Assembly: GCF_000284455.1 (NCBI RefSeq)
Contig: NC_017039.1
Span: 2,430,001-2,462,000, forward strand
Direction of reading: 5' to 3'
Length of the DNA stretch: 32,000 nucleotides
From: Synechocystis sp. PCC 6803 substr. PCC-P
GTDB lineage: Bacteria > Cyanobacteriota > Cyanobacteriia > Cyanobacteriales > Microcystaceae
The notes under the pieces were generated by a model. That model saw only the letters and a list, made by a program, of their open reading frames with translations. It searched no databases and was not told the DNA's origin. Below, in pieces: positions 9,938 to 22,946 of the stretch. Both the position numbers and the translations under genes were made by a program. How positions within the stretch are numbered: position 1 is the first letter of the stretch; each line of letters begins with the position of its first letter.

Positions 9938-11134
9938 ATGACCCAGAATATTCTCCCTGCTCTCCTTGATCATATCCGCCAAAGTCCCCACCAGCGGCTC
10001 ACTTTTGCGGAGTTTATGGAGTGGGTGCTCTATCAACCTGATTATGGTTATTACAGTAGTGGTCAGGTGGACATTGCCATTCGCGGGGATTTTGTCACGG
10101 CGATCGCCTTGGGGGCCGATTTTGGCGAACTGCTGGCGGAGCAATTTTTGGAAATGTGGCAGCGGCTGGGGGAACCGGACCGCTTTGATCTTTTAGAATT
10201 GGGGGCTGGAACTGGAGCCTTTGCCCAAACAGTGTTGGCCCAGACCCAAAGACTGTATCCCGAATTTTTTGCCGCCTTACACTACCACATCATTGAGGAG
10301 TCCGCCGCCCTCCGCCGAAGGCAAGCCAATCTCTTAGAACCCTGGCGGGAAATGGGCAAAATCCAATGGCAAACTTGGCCAGAGTTGGCAAACGATAGCT
10401 TAGTAGGTTGTTGTTTTAGCAATGAATTTTTCGATGCCCTGCCCGTCCATCGAGTGGGCATCAAACAAGGGGTTTTGAAAGAGCAATATATTGAGGCGGG
10501 ATCAACGGATCTCACTAGCGTTTGGGACGACCTGTCCACTGACAAATTGGTAGATTACTTCGCTAGCTTTGGCTTGCAACTGACTTCTCCTCCCTACGGA
10601 GAAAATTATGAAACCGAAGTCAACCTAGCCGCCCAACAGGCTTTGGAAGAAATTGCTCGGGTTTTAGCCCAGGGATGGGTATTAACGGTGGATTATGGCC
10701 ATCCAGCGGGGAAATATTACCATCCCCAACGCACTGGAGGGACGCTGCAATGCTATTTCCAACAACGGCACCACGATAATCCCTTCGTCAATTTGGGGCA
10801 ACAGGACGTCACTGCCCATGTCAACTTCACTGCCTTGGAATGGTGGGGAGAATGCTATGGCCTGAATCGTTTGGATTTTAGCCAGCAGGGGCCTTTTTTA
10901 ATGAATCTTGGCCTTGGCGATCGCCTAGCGGATTTATCCAGTGGGCAGTATGATTTGAACGAAATTTTTTCCCGACGGGCCATTTTGCACCAGTTAATTG
11001 ATCCCAATGGCCTCGGTAAATTTGGGGTACTACTACAGGGTAAGAAGCTAAATATCTCGATGAAGGAGCCAACTCTGCGGGGTTTTAGGCCCCCAACAGC
11101 CTTGGAAATAGGCAATTTACCAATGGCGGGCTAA
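9938..11134 (+). CDS. Class I SAM-dependent methyltransferase, DUF185/MidA (NDUFAF7-like) family
   Basis: Blocks FAEFMEWVLYQPDYGYYS and LLELGAGTGAFAQ (SAM motif I), plus SNEFFDALPVH. The ATG at 9938 (MTQNILPALL) is preferred; the ORF track starts 54 nt upstream at 9884. Confidence 0.8.
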   Translation: MTQNILPALLDHIRQSPHQRLTFAEFMEWVLYQPDYGYYSSGQVDIAIRGDFVTAIALGADFGELLAEQFLEMWQRLGEPDRFDLLELGAGTGAFAQTVLAQTQRLYPEFFAALHYHIIEESAALRRRQANLLEPWREMGKIQWQTWPELANDSLVGCCFSNEFFDALPVHRVGIKQGVLKEQYIEAGSTDLTSVWDDLSTDKLVDYFASFGLQLTSPPYGENYETEVNLAAQQALEEIARVLAQGWVLTVDYGHPAGKYYHPQRTGGTLQCYFQQRHHDNPFVNLGQQDVTAHVNFTALEWWGECYGLNRLDFSQQGPFLMNLGLGDRLADLSSGQYDLNEIFSRRAILHQLIDPNGLGKFGVLLQGKKLNISMKEPTLRGFRPPTALEIGNLPMAG

Positions 11135-11286
11135 ATCGTAAACTTACTAAAAGTAAGGATGTTAATTTATTAATTTAAAAGGACTGAAATTTACCCTTAA
11201 TAAATACCTTTTGATTCAGAATCGTTGAATCGCACTTATGTACGACCTAAAAATAGACAGAATAATCCTACAGCAAAGCAAATTCA

Positions 11287-11751
11287 TCACCTTAGTGCTA
11301 ACTCCCTTAGCCAGTGTACATAGCTTATTTTTTCACACATGAAAGCCTGTAAATAACGTAGTTTGTCTAACATTGTTGTACCTGCTTCTTTTGGGATTAC
11401 CAGTAATTTTAGTATTAAATAAGCAATTATACAGGTATAGATTTGAATCCCAATTGCATTCTCATTTTTGGCAATCAGTCTATTCAGCTTTAAGTGCATT
11501 TTTAAGAATTTCCATAACAATTCTATTTGCCATCTTTTTTTATAAATTTCTGCTATTTTTTCATCACTAACTCCTTCTATTTCTTTACTTTCTATAGGTA
11601 AATTTGTAACCAATCTAAACTCTGAATTATCATGGGTGAATATTACCACTCTACTCTCTATTTTATTCTTTCCAGTTCCAACCATATAGTTATCATTGGC
11701 TAATTTTTCTAGCTTTATATTATTCTTTATTCTTAATACATGATATTTGTT
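11287..11751 (-). pseudogene. IS4-family transposase, C-terminal 154 codons (split by the ISY100-like insertion)
   Basis: The frame is open from the insertion junction (NKYHVLRIKNN...) to the stop at 11287-11289. It carries the IS4 Y-x2-R-x3-E-x6-K signature (YKKRWQIELLWKFLK). Confidence 0.85.
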
Positions 11752-11752
11752 A

Positions 11753-12699
11753 TAGTCATTTCAATTAACGATGAGAGAATTTAATGTAAAATTATGGAGT
11801 GTACAAAATGAACAGGTTTAAACAATGGCTTACAGTTTAGATTTAAGGCAAAGGGTAGTAGCTTATATAGAAGCTGGAGGAAAAATAACTGAGGCTTCCA
11901 AGATATATAAAATAGGAAAAGCCTCGATATACAGATGGTTAAATAGAGTAGATTTAAGCCCAACAAAAGTAGAGCGTCGCCATAGGAAATTAGACTGGGA
12001 AGCTCTAAAAAAAGACGTAGAAGAAAATCCCGATGCAAGATTGATAGACAGAGCCAAGAAATTTGGAGTGAGGCCGAGTGCCGTATATTACGCATTAAAG
12101 AAAATGAAAATAAACAGAAAAAAAAAAGAACTACGTTATCGAGAAAGAAACCGGGAGGAACGAGTTAAGTACTATAGAATGTTAAGAGAACTAATTAAGC
12201 TCTATGGTAGTCAAGCTATAGTTTACATAGATGAATCTGGATTCGAAGCAATCCAGGCTTGTATTTATGCCTGGTCAAAAAAAGGAAAAAAAGTTTATGA
12301 AGATAGACAAGGAAAAAGGGGAGTCAGAGAAAATCTAGTAGCAGGGAGAAGAAAAGGAAAAAAAGATTTGATTGCGCCGATGGTTTTTACCGGGAGTTTG
12401 AATGCAGAAGGCTTTGAAGGATGGTTAAAATTATATTTGCTACCCTCCCTCGACATTCCATCAATATTAATAATGGATAATGCTCCTATTCATCGTAAAA
12501 CTGCCATTAAAGAATTGGCTAAAGAAGCAGGTCATGAAGTTCTTTTTTTGCCGAAATATTCTCCTGATTTAAATGATATTGAGCATGACTTTAGTGCCTT
12601 GAAACGAGCTAGAATGTACGCTCCTATTGACACGTCTCTTGATGAAATTATCCGTTCTTACTGTGGCGTTTAGCGTCTCAGCTTTATTTGAAACTACTA
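11753..12699 (+). mobile_element. IS630/Tc1-mariner family insertion sequence (ISY100-like), 947 bp, intact, nested in the IS4 element
   Basis: 24-bp imperfect terminal IRs: TAGTCATTTCAATTAACGATGAGA (11753-) versus the reverse complement of the right end, TAGTAGTTTCAAATAAAGCTGAGA (19/24). TA target duplication at 11751-11752 and 12700-12701. Removing 949 bp restores the host transposase frame exactly. Confidence 0.9.
11825..12673 (+). CDS. IS630-family (Tc1/mariner-like) DDE transposase
   Basis: 282 aa. N-terminal HTH region (MAYSLDLRQRVVAYIEAGGKITEASKIYKIGKASIYRWL). Catalytic blocks IDESGF, MDNAPIH and YSPDLNDIEHDF. Confidence 0.9.
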   Translation: MAYSLDLRQRVVAYIEAGGKITEASKIYKIGKASIYRWLNRVDLSPTKVERRHRKLDWEALKKDVEENPDARLIDRAKKFGVRPSAVYYALKKMKINRKKKELRYRERNREERVKYYRMLRELIKLYGSQAIVYIDESGFEAIQACIYAWSKKGKKVYEDRQGKRGVRENLVAGRRKGKKDLIAPMVFTGSLNAEGFEGWLKLYLLPSLDIPSILIMDNAPIHRKTAIKELAKEAGHEVLFLPKYSPDLNDIEHDFSALKRARMYAPIDTSLDEIIRSYCGV

Positions 12700-12700
12700 T

Positions 12701-13252
12701 ATTCTCCTTTTGTAATCTCTTGATTCTCTGTAAGTCACAAAATCCTCTATCCATTACTGCTACTCCATTTTCTGGAGTCTCTTCTATTGTTTCATTCCCA
12801 TATTTATTATCATGACCTTGTCCAAAGTGAATTACTATTCCCCCCGGAATCCCTGTTGATAAGTTAATCCCACTGAATACTTTTACCTGATGAAATCCAA
12901 GGTTCCACATCAACTTACTAGTTATGCTGACAATGGTTGAATCGAGAGGAAATATTTCTAATTCTCCCTGCTTAATTTCCTTCCTTTTCGACAATTCCTT
13001 TTTTAAGGAAAATATTATTTCTCTAAAAACTCCCACATCCCTTTTTTTGCTTGCCTTTGAGAATGTAGATATATCGACTGTCTCTCCTCGTAAGTTCAGT
13101 CTTTTAAACATACTCCTCATGCTTGTCTGGCTCTGGTCTAACACTAATCCTAACCAGATACTCACAAACTTAAATGTGTCTAATACTGGGTAGTCATCTT
13201 TAGGAAAATTAGATAGATAAGTTTTGACAATATGTCCAAAATTTGATATCAT
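12701..13252 (-). pseudogene. IS4-family transposase, N-terminal 184 codons (split by the ISY100-like insertion)
   Basis: The ORF starts at ATG 13250-13252 (MISNFGHIVKTY...). Native sequence ends at ...RIKRLQKEN, then reads into the inserted element. Confidence 0.85.
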
Positions 13253-13375
13253 CTCTTCAATTATTCTAATATTTCTGCCCTTTATTCTATCATTTTAAAG
13301 GGCTTTTTTTCTCTTTATAACTATCGTTCAACACTTCTGATTTCATACAACTGATGAGTTCAACAGAAATTGGAC

Positions 13376-14115
13376 ATGAAAATAGATTATAAATTAACTC
13401 TCTTATTGTTTTGTTTATGTGTACCGGGTGTAATCGCTAGTTCATTTTTAATGTTGTCTTTAGTTGTCGATTCAACTGCAATTCCTGTATCTTTACAAAC
13501 TCTGCAAATTGCAAATCTGATCCAAGGAGCATTGTTTGTTTTACTAGCAGCAACATTGGGTTCAATACTAACTAAAAGGGTTGGACTATGCTCACCAACG
13601 CTCTCTGCCCTTCTCAACCATGGCAGGGTTATTCATGCGTTCTATCCTCAACTTATCTCCGGGCTAGTAGGTGGATTAATAGGTGTAGCGTGTAGCCATT
13701 ATCATTGGTTTTCACTTTCTTTCGCCCCCTCCACTGGCTAATACCCAAGCTCTCCTATTACCTCCCATAGCTGTCAGAATCATCTACGGAGGCATCACCG
13801 AGGAAATCCTGATCCACTGGGGAATTATGACTTTGATTGTGCGGGCCAGCTGACGACTGATTCAAAAAGGAAAACCCAATAATATTGTCATGGGATTGAC
13901 AATTGGAATTAGTGCAGTATTATTTGGACTTTCCCAGCTCCCATTGGCCATCAATTCCGTTACTCCCTTAATCAACGGCAATAATTGTCTATATAGTGGC
14001 AGGAAATACAATGTTTGGTGTCATGGCAGGCTACCTTTTTTTGTGCTATGGTTTCGAGTCTACCATCATCGCCCACGTATTTTCCCATATCGGCTCATAT
14101 CTAATACTTGGCTAG
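13376..14115 (+). pseudogene. CPBP-family (CAAX protease / Abi-like) intramembrane protease, decayed: at least two frameshifts plus an in-frame TGA
   Basis: Family motifs are spread over three frames. IIYGGITEEILIHWGIM (about 13785-13835) ends at an in-frame TGA near 13850. FGLSQLP lies in the 13890 ORF. IIAHVFSHIGSYLILG is in a third frame ending at TAG 14113-14115. The N-terminal TM region is the 13370/13376 ORF. Confidence 0.7.
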
Positions 14116-14168
14116 GAGAGTCTGACCATAATTGTTAATGGAAATATTATACGTTTTCACCCCAAGCC

Positions 14169-14190
14169 AGTTGATTTTTATTAATCAACT
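14169..14190. terminator. Hairpin between convergent genes (possible bidirectional terminator)
   Basis: AGTTGATT-TTTATT-AATCAACT, a perfect 8-bp stem with a 6-nt loop. It sits between the CPBP remnant (+) and the TPR gene (-). Confidence 0.35.
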
Positions 14191-14220
14191 ATAGGGGATC
14201 AAATGATAGCCTCTCCTCTT

Positions 14221-15165
14221 TTAGAAGCCCTTAAGACTAGGATTTTGGGCTAATTTTTGAATTTCATCCACTACCGCATTGTTTTCATGGTTAAGCTGAA
14301 CCACCAATGCCCGAGATAGCTGATCTTGTTTTTGTAGGGCCATTGCGTAGTATTGCTGAGCCTGTTGAAGCTTGCCTAAATCCATACTGCGGCGTCCTTC
14401 ATTACGTAAAAACTGCCCTTTCAAGTATTGCAATTCCGGATTGTCTGGGGTGATAGCCAGCGCCCGGTCAATATTAGCCATGGCAAGGTCATACTTTTCC
14501 AAATCTCGGTAGGTAGTGGCTAGGGCACGGTAACGGAGATAGTCAGGTGCCGCATACTGCTCAAAGCGACTAATTACCTGTTCCGATTGGCTAAAGGGAG
14601 TATAACGGGACAAAAACAGATCTAAGTAACCCCGCAAAAGGTTAAGTTCCGGATCATTGGGATTAATGGCGGATGCTTTGTCTAGGTGTTCGAATACCGT
14701 ACCTGTTTTACCTACAGCTTGTAAGTAACTGCCCTTTTTTAGCAGATAACTACCCTCCAAAAAATGACCCACAGCAATGTATAGGTTACCCCGTAAGGGA
14801 TCGCTGGGGGCCAAGCGCTGGGCCGACTCTAGGGTTTGCTGGGCGTACTTCCTCATTCCTTCCATATCATTAGCGTCATAGGCAAAAGAAGCCTGCATGG
14901 CATAAACCAAAGGCTCATTAGGTTCAGCTTGAATCGCCCCAGCCAAAATTTCCTCTGCCCCCCGATAGTTCCCATCACGAAAAATGGCTTCAAAGGCAGC
15001 TTCTGTTTGGTCGCCAATATTGTGGGGATTGTTAGGGCGAAAGGGATCCCCTGCCCAGGCAGTACCACCAGCTATTAGGACTCCTAATATAGATTGGGTA
15101 AAAATTTGGGCCCAACGATTACGAATTAAATTCATCGGAGTAAAACGGGTGAGGAAAACCAACAT
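14221..15165 (-). CDS. Exported tetratricopeptide-repeat (TPR) protein
   Basis: 314 aa. Signal-like N-terminus (WAQIFTQSILGVLIAGGTAWA) and repeated A-x-x-x-Y/F...A...P TPR-like 34-residue units. An alternative ATG lies at 15135. Confidence 0.7.
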   Translation of the reverse strand: MLVFLTRFTPMNLIRNRWAQIFTQSILGVLIAGGTAWAGDPFRPNNPHNIGDQTEAAFEAIFRDGNYRGAEEILAGAIQAEPNEPLVYAMQASFAYDANDMEGMRKYAQQTLESAQRLAPSDPLRGNLYIAVGHFLEGSYLLKKGSYLQAVGKTGTVFEHLDKASAINPNDPELNLLRGYLDLFLSRYTPFSQSEQVISRFEQYAAPDYLRYRALATTYRDLEKYDLAMANIDRALAITPDNPELQYLKGQFLRNEGRRSMDLGKLQQAQQYYAMALQKQDQLSRALVVQLNHENNAVVDEIQKLAQNPSLKGF

Positions 15166-15316
15166 AATCGATTGTATCTACAGTGAGAATCAGAAAGAGC
15201 ACTGGCAAAACCAAGAAAATTAGGCCGATCAAGCTAAAATTCTAAGGAATTGTGATTGCCATAATATCCAGCTTTTGGCGGAACTGGCAGGGAGACTGCG
15301 TTTCAACTTTATCAAT

Positions 15317-15949
15317 ATGCTGTGTTTAAACGACGTTTGCTACCATCCGCCCGCCGCATTGCATCCCATTCTAAAAGATATCAATTTAGAATTAGCTCCC
15401 CAACAACTCGGTTTGATAATTGGCCCTAGTGGCTCTGGTAAAACCACTCTGTTAGAAATCCTTTCCGGCCTGGCAGAACCGACCAGCGGTCATATCCGTT
15501 GGCAAACCCAGGAGTTAACTCCTCTCCACCTCCAGCAGCTCTGTGGTTTAGTGTTCCAGTTCCCAGAGCGTCATTTCTGCGGTGGCACCCTGCTAGAGGA
15601 ATTGCGTTTGGGACATCCGGAGCTTCCCCGCAGCCGCATTGCAGAGACCCTACAAGAGGTTGGTCTGGGTCATTGCCCTTGGAATCTTTCACCCCAAGCC
15701 CTCAGTGGTGGCCAACAAAGACGGTTGTCCTTAGCCGTGCAATTAATTCGCCAACCCAATATTCTTCTCCTCGATGAACCTACCGCAGGCCTAGATTGGT
15801 CGATGCGTCAACAATTAGCCAATCTACTAATCAAATTAAAAGACCATTGGGGACTTCTTGTTGTGACCCATGATCCAGGAGAACTAACGGCGATCGCCGA
15901 CCAATGTTGGCGTTTAGAAAGAGGCAGCTTAACTCCCCAAAACCCCTGA
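15317..15949 (+). CDS. ABC transporter ATP-binding protein (EcfA/CbiO-like), orphan
   Basis: Walker A GPSGSGKTT, signature LSGGQQRRLSLA, Walker B ILLLDEPTAGLD, H-loop VVTHD. The ATG at 15317 is preferred over the TTG at 15275. Confidence 0.85.
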   Translation: MLCLNDVCYHPPAALHPILKDINLELAPQQLGLIIGPSGSGKTTLLEILSGLAEPTSGHIRWQTQELTPLHLQQLCGLVFQFPERHFCGGTLLEELRLGHPELPRSRIAETLQEVGLGHCPWNLSPQALSGGQQRRLSLAVQLIRQPNILLLDEPTAGLDWSMRQQLANLLIKLKDHWGLLVVTHDPGELTAIADQCWRLERGSLTPQNP

Positions 15950-15960
15950 AATATAGCAGG

Positions 15961-16000
15961 AAAAACAAAAACTCCCTCGGCTATACGAAAACCGAAGAAG
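15961..16000 (-). terminator. Intrinsic terminator downstream of rpsU
   Basis: The minus strand reads CTTCTTCGG-TTTTCGTATAG-CCGAGGGAG (9-bp stem including two G-U pairs) followed by TTTTTGTTTTT. Confidence 0.6.
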
Positions 16001-16047
16001 TTCTTAGAAAATGAAAGTATATTTCTAATCTCAGTGCCAACAATCGA

Positions 16048-16230
16048 CTAACGACGACGGGAACGCTGTCTTCTGCGGGTTGCTTCCTTGCGTTTATGCT
16101 TTTCTTGCGGCGTTTCAAAAAATTGATGCTTTTTGAAATCTGTATAGATGCCAGCCTTAGCGACCTGACGCTTAAAGCGGCGTAGCGCGGATTCAATTGG
16201 TTCGTTTTGACCTACAACAACTTGAGTCAT
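16048..16230 (-). CDS. rpsU: 30S ribosomal protein S21
   Basis: 60 aa ([28 protein letters not shown]...RRRQRSRRR). An AGGAGG Shine-Dalgarno sequence lies 14 nt upstream of the ATG. Confidence 0.93.
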   Translation of the reverse strand: MTQVVVGQNEPIESALRRFKRQVAKAGIYTDFKKHQFFETPQEKHKRKEATRRRQRSRRR

Positions 16231-16426
16231 CTGAGAGTTTTAAACCTCCTGGGTTAACAACAAAAGGGAGCTAGGGGAATAAATATCCGAAAATTTCTAC
16301 AAAGCCCACATTAGACTTCTACCAATTCTATCATTCCCCCCGTTGACAATCTCCATTAGTCCAAGCCAGAGAAAATATTATCGCCATTTCCCGGACTATA
16401 ATTTTGAACCTGACTTTAATATGGCC

Positions 16427-16459
16427 AAAAGCTCCCCAAGTAAAATGGAGAGCTTCAGA
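16427..16459 (-). terminator. rrn operon intrinsic terminator
   Basis: The minus strand reads AAGCTCTCC-ATTTTACTT-GGGGAGCTT followed by TTGG, so together with the stem's own terminal TT this gives a 4-T tract (GCTTTTGG). It starts about 15 nt after the 5S 3' end. Confidence 0.55.
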
Positions 16460-16473
16460 TCAAAGAAAGAGGA

Positions 16474-16593
16474 ACTTGGCATCGGACTATTGTGCCGTGG
16501 GGCAACCCCCAGAGTATCGTCGCCGCTGTCACATTTCACAACCGAGTGCGGGATGGGATCGGAGTGGTTCCATGACGCTAAAGACACCAAGAA
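16474..16593 (-). rRNA. rrf: 5S ribosomal RNA
   Basis: The minus strand reads TCTTGGTGTCTTTAGCGTCATGGAACCACTCCGATCCCATCCCGCACTCGGTTGTGAAATG...CCGATGCCAAGTT. Terminal helix I pairs (CTTGGTGTC with GATGCCAAG) and the conserved CCGAAC-type loop region is present. Ends are accurate to about 2 nt. Confidence 0.88.
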
Positions 16594-16663
16594 AGATTTT
16601 TGGGTTTTGCTGAGAAGAAACCCAGAAGACTGCACAAGAAAAGAGAAAGAAAAATGAAGAATA

Positions 16664-19547
<2,884 letters not shown>

Positions 19548-19796
19548 TTTTTAAGATCTTCTTTTTGCTAACTAGGATCATCTTTCCCCCTACCTTCACC
19601 GCCCTTCAGTCTCACACTCAGCCAAAAGCCTTGTGGTTAACATCAAAACGGTTAGGAAGAGCAAGATTTTCCCTGCTTTCTCTTTTCTTTATGCAGTTTT
19701 CAAGGTCCTTACTGGACTTACATCCAGCATTCCCTCTGACTCTCATCAGACAGGATGCTGAAGGGTTTATCCTTCTCTTTGGCTTTTTTGGTTAGG

Positions 19797-19870
<74 letters not shown>

Positions 19871-20012
19871 TTGCCTTTTACCTCGCCTAGGCAATAGTTT
19901 GAAAGACTTCTACTCTTTAACCTCTCGGTTAATCCCTTGCTCGACCTTTTGGTTGACCAACTTCTCTCTATTTGCACTTTGCTTTCAAGATGAAGGGGTA
20001 AAGGTCTCCCTT

Positions 20013-21501
<1,489 letters not shown>

Positions 21502-21701
21502 GTTAAAAATAACCAATTTATAAGTTTCGGCTCTTTTCTATTGCTATTTCTTCCGACTTGAGTTACACTCTTTGTCAAGTAGAAACAGACTTTGGTTTGT
21601 TAATTGAATTAACAAGGGTCTGGTTTCTGTCTCTCAAACTATTTCTTTGTCTAGGTTCGGGGCGCTTTCGAGTCGCTTTCGCTCTCAACCGCGCATTTAT
21701 C

Positions 21702-21730
21702 AATATACGGAATACCGCAAGAAAAGTCAA
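21702..21730 (-). promoter_or_regulatory. rrn operon promoter (sigma-70 type)
   Basis: The minus strand reads TTGACT (21730-21725), a 17-nt spacer TTTCTTGCGGTATTCCG, then TATATT (21707-21702). An A/T-rich UP-like tract lies just upstream. The promoter is about 200 nt upstream of the mature 16S 5' end. Confidence 0.6.
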
Positions 21731-21912
21731 CACCTTTTCACAAAATATTTTTCAAAATCCCTGAATCACAGTCATAGTAACGGCTTCAACCATAGAAAAA
21801 AACTTCGCTCGACACCGGTAACTCCCCTTTCCCATTCCTCAGAACTATCTGCTCCCCCCTCTGCACCTCCTCCGTCCGATAATGGGGAAGTCGTTTTTGT
21901 GGGTTTAGATTA

Positions 21913-22908
21913 ATGGAAAACAATTCTCTGGCACCTTTGCGGGTTGGCATTCTCGGTTTTGGTGGTTTGGGGCAAGCGGCAGCTAGGTTGTTGGCACCCA
22001 AGCAGGAGATGAAGTTGGTGGCTGTGGCCGATCGCCATGGGTATCTATATGATGCGGACGGCATTGATGTGGATAATGCGGTGCAGGCTTATACCCAGCA
22101 AGGTTCCGTGGGTAAGGCCAAGAAGGGACAGATGAGTGAGCAAAGCATTGAAGATTTAATTGGTGAGGGGGAAGTAGATGGCTACTTTCTGGCGTTACCG
22201 AATTTGCCCAATACTTTCATGGCGGATGTGACTCGGCAATTCATCGCCTCTGGCTGGCAAGGGGTATTGGTGGATGCGCTCAAGCGGACCAGTGCGGTGG
22301 AGCAGTTAATAACATTGCGGGAGGATCTAGCCCAAGCAGGTATTACTTATATGACGGGTTGTGGAGCGACTCCCGGTTTATTGACGGCGGCGGCGGCGAT
22401 CGCCTCCCAGAGTTTTCAGGAAATTCATCAGGTAAAAATTACTTTTGGGGTGGGCATTGCTAATTGGGAAGCTTACCGGGCCACCATTCGGGAAGACATT
22501 GCTCACATGCCCGGGTACAACGTCGATAAAGCCCAAGCCATGACGGATGCGGAGGTGGCGGCTCTGTTGGATCAAACCAATGGCATTTTGGCTTTGGAAG
22601 ATATGGAACATGCTGATGACATCATGTTGGAGTTGGCGGGCATCTGTCACCGAGACCAAGTAACGGTGGGGGGCGTGGTGGATACCCGTAATCCGAAGAA
22701 ACCGTTGAGTACCCACGTAAAAATCACCGGCAGAACCTTTGAAGGGAAGATTTCTAGCCATACCTTTACCCTGGGGGATGAAACCAGCATGGCGGCCAAT
22801 GTTTGCGGCCCGGCCTTTGGTTATTTGAAAGCGGGTTATGGGTTACATCGTCAGGGTTTAAAGGGTTTATTTACAGCAGCGGATGTGATGCCCAAATTTG
22901 TGCGTTAA
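21913..22908 (+). CDS. Saccharopine dehydrogenase-like NAD(P)-binding oxidoreductase (function unknown)
   Basis: 331 aa. N-terminal Rossmann motif [19 protein letters not shown] and a later TGCGATPGL block. The family call is by resemblance only. Confidence 0.6.
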
Positions 22909-22946
22909 TCTATCAACGTTGTTCAATCGGTTCAGGTAAACTATCT

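Larger units (their letters stand above)
11217..13339 (-). mobile_element. IS4-family insertion sequence (ISY203-like), disrupted by a nested IS630-family element
   Basis: Ends placed at CAGAATCGTTGAA (11217-) and the reverse complement of 13327-13339, CAGAAGTGTTGAA. Both ends are flanked by ATT (11214-11216 and 13340-13342). Net length after removing the 949-bp insertion footprint is 1174 bp. The end positions are an inference from a short imperfect IR. Confidence 0.65.

Noticed and set aside
9751-9939. 62-aa minus-strand ORF between the IS5 element and the methyltransferase gene
   Set aside because: It is short, has no motif, and overlaps the likely promoter/5' region and the first codons of the plus-strand gene. 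It is probably non-coding.
11781-12095. 104-aa minus-strand ORF and other small ORFs inside the IS elements (11373-11570, 12627-12815, 12924-13193)
   Set aside because: They are antisense to well-supported transposase reading frames in AT-rich DNA, where spurious ORFs are frequent.
16300-16345. Possible rpsU promoter (TAGAAT on the minus strand near 16311-16316, with TTGTCA upstream)
   Set aside because: The spacing between the candidate -35 (TTGTCA) and -10 (TAGAAT) is only 13 nt, and no acceptable -35 lies at 16-18 nt. This is not enough to call a promoter.
19742-19749. CUGAUGAG (hammerhead-core-like) on the minus strand in the 16S-23S spacer
   Set aside because: There is no downstream stem II hairpin followed by GAAA, and no matching stems I/III. 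The motif sits in a simple spacer hairpin (CAGCAT...ATGCTG), so this is a chance match.
22378-22761. 127-aa minus-strand ORF
   Set aside because: It is fully embedded antisense in the saccharopine-dehydrogenase-like gene, which has clear Rossmann motifs. It shows no recognisable motif or RBS.
22803-22946. N-terminal extension of the DUF2808-like ORF (the track starts at 22803)
   Set aside because: The extension would overlap the preceding gene by 106 nt and encodes Trp/Gly/Ser-rich sequence. The internal ATG at 22947 gives a normal signal peptide.
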